From Macrostomum hystrix (taxonomy: Eukaryota; Animalia; Platyhelminthes), in assembly GCA_950097015.1 (NCBI GenBank), contig CATNEN010000030.1, forward strand, positions 992,001 to 1,056,000: 64,000 bases of DNA. Direction: 5' to 3'. Each line of letters opens with the position of its first letter. Position 1 is the first letter of the stretch. This document shows, piece by piece, positions 49,914-61,400 of the stretch. Made by a program: the position numbers and the translations under genes. The notes under the pieces are model-generated. The model searched no databases. It was not told where the DNA came from and worked only from the letters and a program-made list of their open reading frames with translations.

Positions 49914-50095
49914 GCGAGTTTGGTCCGGACCAGCTTTAGACTCAGAGTGAGGGAATCGTTCTAAGACAAAAGTCGCGTTTTCTAGTTAAATTTATGTTAA
50001 TTTTTATGTATTTTCTAAAAATTTTACTATAAAAGCTAGCTGGAGCTGTTAATGTCCAACGCAGCCCTCCTCACCTCTTACCTACCTGCTCAGCT

Positions 50096-50109
50096 GTTGC
50101 TATGGTGAC
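50096..50109. promoter_or_regulatory. Candidate RFX X-box upstream of the NWD-like gene
   Basis: GTTGCTATGGTGAC about 183 bp upstream of the ATG at 49913; second partial site GTTGCTATGGCAC at 50218. Confidence 0.5.
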
Positions 50110-50454
50110 GCCGGATTGTACGCCTTCTGCCTCTCCGTCTCTTTTTAATGTGTGCGAAGTACAAGCCCGCTAAGCAGGTGAGAGAGGGAGAAGGAGAGAA
50201 AGAAACGGCTGGGTTGGGTTGCTATGGCACTGAGCACAGGCCCTAGACCTCACCGTACACTCTGGGCTGTTTCATTCTCTGTCTGTCTTTCTATGAGCGT
50301 GTAAAAATGTGACACAGATGGGCGTACACTAACCTGGACTGGCTTGCAAGAAAATTTACATTTTAATTTTTCAAAACGATTGCTTTTAATAGCTTCTACA
50401 TGTTCATTTTCAACCCATCACACTATCACCACTATCACATCACTTCAGGTCTTA

Positions 50455-51585
50455 AGGTTGATCAGTCTCCCCACCTCAGATCCTCAGGTGGATCAGTCTC
50501 CCCACCTCAGATCCTCAGGTTGATCAGTCTCCCCACCTCAGATCCTCAAGTTGATCAGTCTCCCCACCTCAGATCCTTAAGTTAATCAGTCTCCCCACCT
50601 CAGATCCTCAGGTTGATCAGTCTCCCCACCTCAGATCCTTAAGTTAATCAGTCTCCCCACCTCAGATCCTCAAGTTGATCAGTCTCCCCACCTCAGATCC
50701 TCAGGTTGATCAGTCTCCCCACCTCAGATCCTTAAGTTAATCAGTCTCCCCACCTCAGATCCTCAAGTTAATCAGTCTCCCCACCTCAGATCCTCAAGTT
50801 AATCAGTCTCCCCACCTCAGATCCTCAGGTGGATCAGCCTCCCCACCTCAGATCCTCAGGTGGATCAGTCTCCCCACCTCAGATCCTCAAGTTAATCAGT
50901 CTCCCCACCTCAGATCCTCAAGTTAATCAGTCTCCCCACCTCAGATCCTCAAGTTAATCAGTCTCCCCACCTCAGATCCTCAAGTTAATCAGTCTCCCCA
51001 CCTCAGATCCTCAAGTTAATCAGTCTCCCCACCTCAGATCCTCAAGTTAATCAGTCTCCCCACCTCAGATCCTCAGGTGGATCAGCCTCCCCACCTCAGA
51101 TCCTCAGGTGGATCAGCCTCCCCACCTCAGATCCTCAAGTTAATCAGTCTCCCCACCTCAGATCCTCAGGTGGATCAGCCTCCCCACCTCAGATCCTCAG
51201 GTGGATCAGTCTCCCCACCTCAGATCCTCAGGTGGATCAGTCTCCCCACCTCAGATCCTCAGGTGGATCAGCCTCCCCACCTCAGATCCTCAGGTGGATC
51301 AGCCTCCCCACCTCAGATCCTCAAGTTAATCAGTCTCCCCACCTCAGATCCTCAGGTGGATCAGCCTCCCCACCTCAGATCCTCAGGTGGATCAGTCTCC
51401 CCACCTCAGATCCTCAGGTGGATCAGTCTCCCCACCTCAGATCCTCAGGTGGATCAGCCTCCCCACCTCAGATCCTCAGGTGGATCAGCCTCCCCACCTC
51501 AGATCCTCAGGTGGATCAGCCTCCCCACCTCAGATCCTCAGGTGGATCAGTCTCCCCACCTCAGATCCTCAGGTTGATTAGCATC
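50455..51585. repeat. 31-bp minisatellite
   Basis: GATCAGTCTCCCCACCTCAGATCCTCAGGTG. Confidence 0.97.
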
Positions 51586-52466
51586 CACACCTTTAGATCG
51601 TCAGGCAGAATAAAAAGCCAGGAAACAATTTAGCTTTTGGAAACATACTTTGCTAAAAGCGAGTCAACTATTGTCTAGCAAAAACAACTCTTTGTTAATT
51701 TACTAAAACTAAACGGTTTTGTTTATTTAGCTCACAAATAAAACTTTCCAGATACCGAGAAGGTAAAAACCTGTTCCAGGAAAATCATATTGCCTACTTA
51801 AGTATCAGCAGTAGTATAAATGGTACATGAAATAGAGAAAAAATGACTGAGCACCAAAATATAAAATATCTGAGATTATCTGAGGTCAAGTGAAAAACTT
51901 CTGCAAGCAGCTGATCGACTAGTTAAACAGTTATTGCAGATTTTTGACCGATTATCAAAGACAAGAGCGGTTGTAAAAGGCACAGATACACAAAAACTTA
52001 CAGGTAAAAAGACATGATATAAAAATGCTTCCATCACCTGACAGGAAATTTACAATAAACGCCTGAACCAGAAAACGCAGAAAAGTTGGATAGTGCATAA
52101 TGCCTTAGTTTAATAATGATTTTTATATTGCAATAAAAACTTAAAGAGAAAACAACTAATATGGAATGCTTTCTAAGAATACCTCAATACTTCATGTTTT
52201 TCAATACATATAGGCAATTGTGAGCTAATTTCATAATTATAGATTCAATTAGAAGTTGACCTAAACTGGGTTTTACCGTTTATAGACGATATGTATCGAA
52301 AAAGTCATAAAATCTTGATAGTTCCTAGGTTAATGAAAAATTGACGTCAATTGACTAGATTTGTTTGTTAAAACTCAATTAACATATTGCAATTGTAAAT
52401 CTTCACTAGCTAATTAAAAAGCGTTGCTAACGACGCCACTCCGCCGTTGCTAGGGATGAGGGACGC

Positions 52467-55400
52467 TTAGGAGGCCGGAGCCGGCTCGGAGACGGGAGCC
52501 AGCCGGCTGCGATAATGATAGAGGCTCTCCGGCTTCACGCTGTCCAGGTGGCTCAGAGCTTCGACTAGCAGGGCGCACACCTGGGAGAAAGCGAAAAAAA
52601 ATCCCAAATTTTCCCAAAAGTATCGTAAAAATGCGGATTAAAATAATTAGTTGATTTTGAATATTAGAACTACATAAGGGGGGGAATTCCCGCCCACTGA
52701 CAATTATTTGTGCTGCGCATCTTCTGAAACAAGAATCAAGTCGCCAGCTCTTCAGACCGTCGAGATATTCAGTGGTTCTGGCCGATTTTTCCCATAAGCG
52801 CTAGTGTATTTAGTGTATTCCCAATACACGAATTTGCACTGCGCCTCAGTGCGGCCTTGCAAGGCCTTCAAAATTGATCAGCATGTCACCCGAGTGTGCC
52901 TGCATCATCTCCGTCTTCGGTGGTCACCTATCCTTTATCTAGACGGACTGCTGGACCTTCAAGGGCTACAACAGGTGGAAACAGGCCCCTATGGACACCC
53001 TGACGCGAATTTCTCCAATTTCACTGATCAAGCCTAAATATTAGGCGCAGCTCAACCACAGGACACTATCGCCTAGGCTGTCAACCAATCAGTCACTACC
53101 CAACGCTGTTATCATCCAGGCGCCAAACATTTTTCTGGGTCCCCCCAAGCTTAGTAGTTCTACTGTTCAACTCACCTGGAAGTTTGTAATCAGCGGCGTA
53201 GCCGAGTCGATTGCCGTCCGCCTAATGAGGTAGTTGTCCTGCAGGAATTTGCTGCGATTGTTCGGCAGATTAATCACCATGCTAAACACCTTGTCCTCCA
53301 CTAGTTTAGTTGCCACGGGAATGTTCCGGTCGATGTTCTGAGCGAAGGCCCAGCCGACTGGCCGGACACTGTCGATGCCGTTCTCCCGCAGCCACTGGGC
53401 CGTGGCCTCCGTGGCGTACATCTGGTAGCCGAGGTCCTTCAGCCGCTTGGCGGTTGGCAGAAATCCCGCCTGCACAGGTAGGAAGGGGACGAGTTTGCTT
53501 TGCCATGCCCTTTAGCCGCCATTTCCTCACCTGCCTTCCCTACACACACCTTTCCCTTCACCCTGCCTTCCCTACACACACCTTTCCCTTCACCCTGCCT
53601 TCCCTACACACACCTTTCCCTTCACCCTACCTTCCCTACACACACCTTTCCCTTCACCCTGCCTTCCCTACACACACCTTTCCCTTCACCCTGCCTTCCC
53701 TACACACACCTTTCCCTTCACCCTGCCTTCCCTACACACACCTTTCCCATCACCCTGCCTTCCCTACACACACCTTTCCCATCACCCTGCCTTCCCTACA
53801 CACACCTTTCCCTTCACCCTGCCTTCCCTACACACACCTTTCCCTTCACCCTGCCTTCCCTACACACACCTTTCCCCCTTCACCCTGCCTTCCCTACACA
53901 CACCTTTCCCTTCACCCTGCCTTCCCTACACACACCTTTCCCCCTTCACCCTGCCTTCCCTACACACACCTTTCCCTTCACCCTGCCTTCCCTACACACA
54001 CCTTTCCCTTCACCCTGCCTTCCCTACACACACCCTACACACACATTTCCCTTCAACATCCCTTTACCCCTCCCTTCACCCTGCCTTCCCTTTACTCTCC
54101 ACTCCCAGCATATTCAATCAGCTTGTCCAGCTAAGGACGAGTCAGTAGCTATCGGACACCAACCTGGAATTCGCGCTGCACCCCAACCAGAATGCTGGAG
54201 CCCTTTGGCGGCACCCGGAAGCCAGTGGACTGCAGGGCCTTGAGGAAGGCAGTGTACAGGTTGGAGCCGTAGCAGGCCACCTCACCGGTGCTGCTCATCT
54301 CGCAGCGAAGTAGCGGGTCGGCAGCTTTGAGTCGGGGCCAGCTGAACATGGAGGCCTACGGGAGCAGGAAAAAAACACGGACGTTATTATAATGCCTTTT
54401 TTTATTCATAAAAAGGGATTTTATATGAGAATATTAACAACGTAAACGGGGAATATTACCTTTGAAATTTCGGATTGAGTTGATTGGAGGATAGTTTACT
54501 AAAGCAATCAGGAATTATTGTGTCACAAATTGCAACCCTGTGTCTGAGATTCGAACCCCCGACCACTCCTCTGTCAGAAGTTGCTCGAACCAAAACCCTT
54601 TGGTTGAGATTCGAACTCACGACCACACCTCGTTTATAAGTTGCTCGAACCAAAACCCTTCGGCTGAGATTCGAACTCACGACCACACCTCGTTTATAAG
54701 TTGCTCGAACCAAAACCCTTCGGCTGAGATTCGAACTCCCGACCACACCTCGGTCAGAAGTTGCTCGAAGCAAAACCCTACAGCTGAGATTCGAACTCCC
54801 GACCACACCTCGGTCAGAAGTTGATCGAACCAAAACCGAACAGTTAAGATTCGAACTCCCGACCACACCTCGGGAAGTCGCTCGAACCACAGGGCTATAA
54901 GCCACCCTTCTAGGCGGCAATTATGAGATAAATTGTTAGAAATGAAAATGAGGAATTTATTGCTTGAAGCGCACCTTGATTCCAACGAAGCCAACTGGCT
55001 CACGCGGCTTGTCGAGTGTGTACAACTCCTTCTGACTGGGCTCCACGCCCAACATGACTTTGGTGGCCGTAGCGATGAAATCAGTGCCAAGAGTCTTGGA
55101 TACGAACGGGAAGGATCTTGATGCTCTTAGATTGGTCTCAATGACCAGCACCTTCTGCTCCGGGGTGACCAGGAACTGGGTGTTGAACGGCCCGGTGATG
55201 CTGAATCGCTCCGCTATGCGCTTGACAACATCGCGAATCTGAATTTTCATTTGTTTTTAACAAAATATTTTACTTCCATGCGCAAACTAAACTACTTCAA
55301 GTAGAAATATAAGCAAATTTCCTAATTTTGCTAAAAATAACCAATCAGGTTACAAACCAAGATTTTTGGGCTTAGGCTTATTGGCTGTTTCAAGAAGGAT

Positions 55401-58400
55401 TTTAAGGCGATTAATATTCAATCCGAGGCGATTTTCAAGAGATTTATTCAAGCCAGAACGTAAATTCTAAAACAAAAATTGTAGCTTACATGTAAGAAAA
55501 TTTTTTTTCTAAAGCTACTCATAGTCGTAGTATTCAAAATATAAATTCAAGAAACAACCAAAACGCACCTCGGCCTTGACAGACTCGCTGATTGTATGCG
55601 GCGGCAGCACCAGGGTGGCGTCGCCGCTGTGCACTCCGGCGTTCTCGACGTGTTCGCATAGCGCGTGAGCCACCACCTGCCCGCCGGAGGCGACAGCGTC
55701 GCATTCGACTTCGCGCGAATTCTCGATGAATTTCGTCAGCACAACCGGATGCTCGGCACTGACGGCGGCCGCTTGGCCTAGGAAGCCGCGCAGCTCCTGC
55801 GGAGCGTAGGCCACATTCATGGCCGAACCGCTCAAGATATAGGAAGGCCGGACTAGGCAGGGATAGCCAACCTGGGGTGTGGAAATCCGATAGGGCTCAA
55901 TTGTATTCAGATTTAACAACAATCCGATAACTATAGAAAAATATATATAGGAACAAAATGACTAAGTGACGACTAAGTCCGATATGTGTCGAAAAATCTG
56001 AAAAATGTGGGAAACTCGTCGGTTACTAAAGATTGTAGCCTACTTTGTGAGTTTTTTAGTCCGATATGTATCAAAAAAGCAAAAAACATGTATTCTAGTT
56101 AAAGGTCATGAACTGCTACTCAGCATTATGCTCGACTTTCATGAAAAACTAGAAAAGCTTTACCGACATTAACGGCTGCTACCCTGCTATCTAAGTGGCA
56201 TTTTATCCTATATGTATCGAAAAGTGGGAAAATATTTTTATGATACCTGCTCAGCAAACTCCAAGGCCTCGCGCTCGGAGGTGAGTGCACGCCAAGGAGC
56301 TTGGCCAACGCCGATTTCATCCAGGATACGCGAAAACTTGGCACGATCCTCGGCGTCGTCGATATTAGTCGGATGCGTGCCGAGGATTCGAACTCCGGCC
56401 TTGTGCAGAGGCAGCGCCAAAGTGTTGGGAATCTGGCCGCCGACGGACACAACGCAATTGGAAGCGGCTTCCATCTGGTAGATGTCCAGCACGCGTTCCA
56501 AGCTGAGCTCTTCAAAGTACAACCGGTCGCATTCGTCAAAGTCTGTGCTAACAGTCTCCGGATTATAATTCACAACGATGCTCTTCTTGCCCAGTTTGTT
56601 CAGGCAGCGAATAGCGCTGACGCTGCACCAGTCGAACTCCACGCTGGAGCCGATGTGATACGGGCCGCAGCCAAGCACCATGACGCCCTGCAGTGGAGAG
56701 ATATGCGCTATAAGTTAAAAATAAGCGGTCACAATAAGGTGGTGGCAATGGCCTGTTGTAGAGTTGCCTCTCTGTACTTCAACAACCGGTTGAGCGATAG
56801 TGGTTTTAGTTAGTACAACAGCATAGCGAGCCGATTTCTATGCAATATCTAGAAATTAAAACAACATTGTAAGGCTTGTAGCCTAGTGGTTAGAGCGTAG
56901 GGCTTGCGACTTGAAGGTTGGGGGTTCGATTCCTTACTCCACTGGAACAATTAGTGTGTTATTTAGCGAGACACTCGACTCTGCATTACTAAGCAGAGCA
57001 GTCTAGAGCAGTCTAACGCGTTTGCCTCTCGCACCAAGGTCCCTAAGCTCGATTCCGCGGTCAGGCCACATTAATCTGTGGCGCAGCCGCGGAGAGAAAG
57101 CTTGGTGGCTTGTCGTGCAATTTACAGCCTCCCCTTCATCAGCTGGAATAAATAAGATTAGGTGTGGCGTCCCTCCAGTCCATGGACTGAACAGCCGTAC
57201 GCAGCTTTCAGTTGCGCCGAGTAGTAGCTGCGGCTGTGCTAAATGAATCAATTATTAGCTATATAAATCACGGCATTAACAAACCTGATCCGTGAAAGTC
57301 ACGTCATGCTCAGCCGCATTGTAGGAGCAGTACAAATAGTTGGTATAGCTCGGGTACTCTGCAGCCATGGTGTCAATCTGCTTCACGTACGGCTTCAAGC
57401 CCAAACTCTGCCGGTGCAGACGAATCTCCGACTCCGGCTTGCGGAACACTTCGCCGAGCTGTTTGTCGCTGAAACCCAGCTTCTTGGCCAGGCCCCAATC
57501 CTCGTCTGTGGTCTCACCAGTGCGGCCTAGCTGTTCCAGGTCCTTCTTATAATCCACAATGCGCTTGAGTTTATACAGGAACCATTTGTCAATGTTGGTG
57601 AATCGGTGAATCTCGTCCACAGTCATGGATTCCTGCTCAAGAGCTCGGCAGATGTAGTGAATGCGGGCATTGCTTGGCACCTGCAGGCCTTCCAGCAGGT
57701 CGAAATTGTCCGGATACTGTTTGCCCATCGGCAGCTTGCTTTCAAAGCCGCCAATACTCGGGTGGGTCATGCGCAGAGCTTTCTGCAGCGACTCCTCGAA
57801 GGTTCGGCCGATGGCCATGATTTCGCCGACAGACTTCATAGCGGAGCCGATCTCCTTCGGCGTGTGATGGAAACGGTCGAGATCCCAGCTGGGAGTTGGG
57901 AAATTCATAGGGTTGGGATTATTGAAGTGAATTGTATTCTAGTGACTTTTTGATGACTTCTACAGCTAGAAAAACTATTGTACGATTTAAGTTAAGCTTG
58001 GGACATTTGGGATCGGTCACAGGAAGCACAGTTTACGAGTATGGATCGAATTGGCGATATTGCGGGAATCGGATAAGGGTGCACAGTTTACTGATCAAGT
58101 TTTGATTGGACAAGGACAGGGGTGTGTAGTTAGGGGAAACGCGCATGAAACTGGGGATCAACCAGGATGTGAAGTCATCAGCACCCCCCAAGGAGCTCAC
58201 CGCGGAATCTTAGTAGTGATGTAGTCCAGGCTAGGCTCAAAGCAGGCGGTGGTCACCTTGGTGGTGGCATTCTTGATGTCCGGCAGGCTGATGCCCAGGG
58301 CCAGCTTGGCAGCGATGAAGGCCAGCGGGTAGCCGGTGGCCTTGGAGGCCAGGGCTGAGGATCTCGACAATCTGGCGTTGATCTCGATGATGCAGTACTC

Positions 58401-61400
58401 CAACGAGTGCGGATGCAGGGCGTACTGAATGTTGCACTCGCCGACAATGTTGAAATGGCGAATGACTTTCAGGGCGGTCTCGCGCAGCATGTGGTACTCC
58501 TCGTTGGACAGCGTCTGGCTGGGCGCCACCACGATCGAGTCGCCGGTGTGGATGCCCAGAGGGTCGAAGTTCTCCATGTTGCACACCGTGATGCAGTTGT
58601 TCGCAGCGTCCCGAACCACCTCGTATTCGACCTCCTTCCAGCCCAGCAGCGACTTCTCGATCAGCACCTGGCGGAGTTTATCGATCAGTTTGACAGCTGT
58701 TCAGTCCATGGACTGGGCGCCGCCCAGGTTGCAGGAGGGCTGCAGGTATCACTTGTGTCATCATTTGATGACACTAGACCCGCTACCAGCGAGGAGGCAA
58801 TTCTGCCCATTTCGCTGACTCCTGAGCACACGCGCACAGATACCGAACGCAGGCACACGCTCACACATGTGTGTACATCTGCCCTGACTTTCTTATCGTC
58901 AGGCAGTGTACACTTTCACAGTGCCTTGGAGGTTGGGCCTCAAGGGCGTAAATTGCACGACAAGCCCCTAAGCCTTCTCTCCGCGGCTGCGCCCCAAATC
59001 AATGTGGCCTCGCCGCGGAATCGAGCTCAGGGACGTTGGCGCGAGTGGCAAACGCGTTAACCGCATTAGCCGACCAACCCATACCCGAATTGCAATCCAA
59101 AATTATTCTGGCGCCTACTTGACGGCTGAGAGAACTGAAGCAGTGGGGAATTAATTAGTTTTTCTAGGGCTGAGATTCGAACTCCCGACCTCTTAAACAC
59201 TAGGCTAAGGTCTCTGAGCTCTCGATTCCGCGACGAGACCACATTCATTTTGGGGCGCAGCTGCGCAGAGAAGGCTTGGGGGCTTGTCGTGCAATTTACG
59301 GCCTTGAGGGCCAACCTCAAAGGCACAGTGAGTGTGTACACTGCCTGACGATGACACTAGGGCACTAGGACACTAGGATTCAGGGCAGATGTACACACCT
59401 ATGTGAGTGTGCGCTCAGGAGTCAGCATAATGGCCTCCTCACTGACTGCGGGTCTAGTGTCAGCAAATGATGTGCAAATATGACTAATTTTCAGAGGCCA
59501 TCCAGACGCACCTGATTCGTGATGGCGAACGCCTTGCGGCAGATTTCCACCAGGTTGGCCTCGTCCTTGGCCAATCCGGAGCCGAGGCCGCCCAGAGCGA
59601 AGGCGGCCCGCACCATGACCGGGTAGCCAATATTTTGCGCGGCCTTGATGGCCTCCGAGACCCTGGTGACGGCCACGCTTGGCGCGAGTTTCTCGTTGAT
59701 GCGCTTCAGCTCCTCGGCGAAGGTCTCGCGGTCCTCCGTCAGCTTGATGTCGTGTATCTGGGTGCCCAGAACGCGGACGTTGTTCTTTTCCAAGACGCCA
59801 GATTCGTGCAGCTCAATGCCAACATTCAGTGCGGTCTGGCCGCCCATAGACAGCAGGATGCCGTCGGGTCGTTCGCGTTCGATCACCTGATTGCGCGGGG
59901 AATTTTATTACTTTCCTTAATAACAATGTCTACTAATAGTAGTGAGAAATCGGAACGTTTCACAAATTTGATTGGCAAAGCTCTACTAATAGTAGCGCTA
60001 CAAAGCGGTTTTTCTTCGCAAAAAATCGATTCGATTGCAAGCACAGATTTGCTTATTTTTAGAAAAATTTCTACATTTCAGACTAGCTAGCTTAACTTTT
60101 TTAAACAAAGGGGTCAGCAAAATGAGAAGAGATGAGACACGGGAGAGATGAGACACTGGAGGGATGAGACATGGAGGGGATGAGACAGGGGAGATGAGAC
60201 AGGGAAGGATGAGACAGGGGAAGGATGAGACAGGGAGGGATGAGACAGGGGAGGGATGAGACAGGGAGGGATGAGAGAAGGGAGAGATATGACACTGGAG
60301 AGATGAGATAGTGGAGAAATTAGACCCCATGTAGATGAGGCAGGGGAGAGACAAAGAAGAGGTGACATAGGGGAGAGACGAAATACGGGAGAGGGATAAG
60401 ACACAGAGGAGATATCAGATTGAGAGGATGCATGAGACACAAGGGAGAGATGAGAAACAGAGGAGAGATGTAACACTGGAGAGATGAGATACGGGAGGGA
60501 TGAGACACGAGAAAGTGTTTCTTACCTTAGTAACAAACTCGGCTGTCACAGGCAGGAAGTAGACCATATCTGCCTGTTTCTCGCCCTCCGCGTTAGTCTG
60601 CACGCTGGCAATGTTGGGATTCATAAGTACAGTTTTCACGCCTTCCTCTTTCAGAGCTTTGATTGCCTGGGAGCCGGAGTAGTCAAACTCTCCAGCCTGA
60701 CCAATGGAAAGTCCGCCGGAGCCCAGCACCAGCACCTTGGACACCGGGACTCGGCGGGATTCAACGAGCTTCGGCTCCGGCATGATGACAGTTGCCGATC
60801 GGGTGCGCACCATCTCCATGAAGGCGTCGAAAAGGAACTGAGTGTCGGTTGGACCGCCGCAGGCTTCGGGGTGGAACTGGGCGGTGAAGATAGGCTTCTC
60901 TGTGCACATGATGCCCTCATTCGAGCCGTCGTTGGCGTTGATGAACAATGGCCTCCAGCCAACAGGCAGATGGTCTGTGTTAATAGCGAAGCCGTGATTC
61001 TGAGACGTAATGAATGCCTGCTTAGTGACTAGATTAAGCACCGATTGGTTGTGGCCGCGATTGCCCAATGGCATCTTGTAGCTGGTGCAGCCGGCAGCTA
61101 GGCCAACCAGCTGGTTGCCGCAGCAGATGCCGAATACGGGCTCGTTGCGAGTGTTGATCACCTGTGGTTATAAATAGCATCTTGCAATTTGTGAATGCTC
61201 TTTAATTTGTTTTATTGGCCTCTAAAACAACTGACTAATTGACCTGTCGATACCTATTGGCCTCCTAAAAAGTCAATAATTGGCCTCAAAAATATTTCAA
61301 TGATTAAGCTTTTAAATAAGCCACTAATTGACCTCTCAAAAAGGTACCTAATTGACTTTTAAAATAGGGCTCTAATTGACCTACTAAATATGGCATTAAT

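Noticed and set aside
52873-52914. Alternative CPS terminal exon ([13 protein letters not shown])
   Set aside because: The acceptor is purine-rich and the peptide has no CPS similarity; exon 52580-52467 matches the CPS1 C-terminus.
58878-58908. Hammerhead-like CTGACGA..GAAAGTC in SINE A
   Set aside because: No stem II or stem III, and stem I does not pair; the segment is a simple CCTGAC/GTCAGG hairpin.
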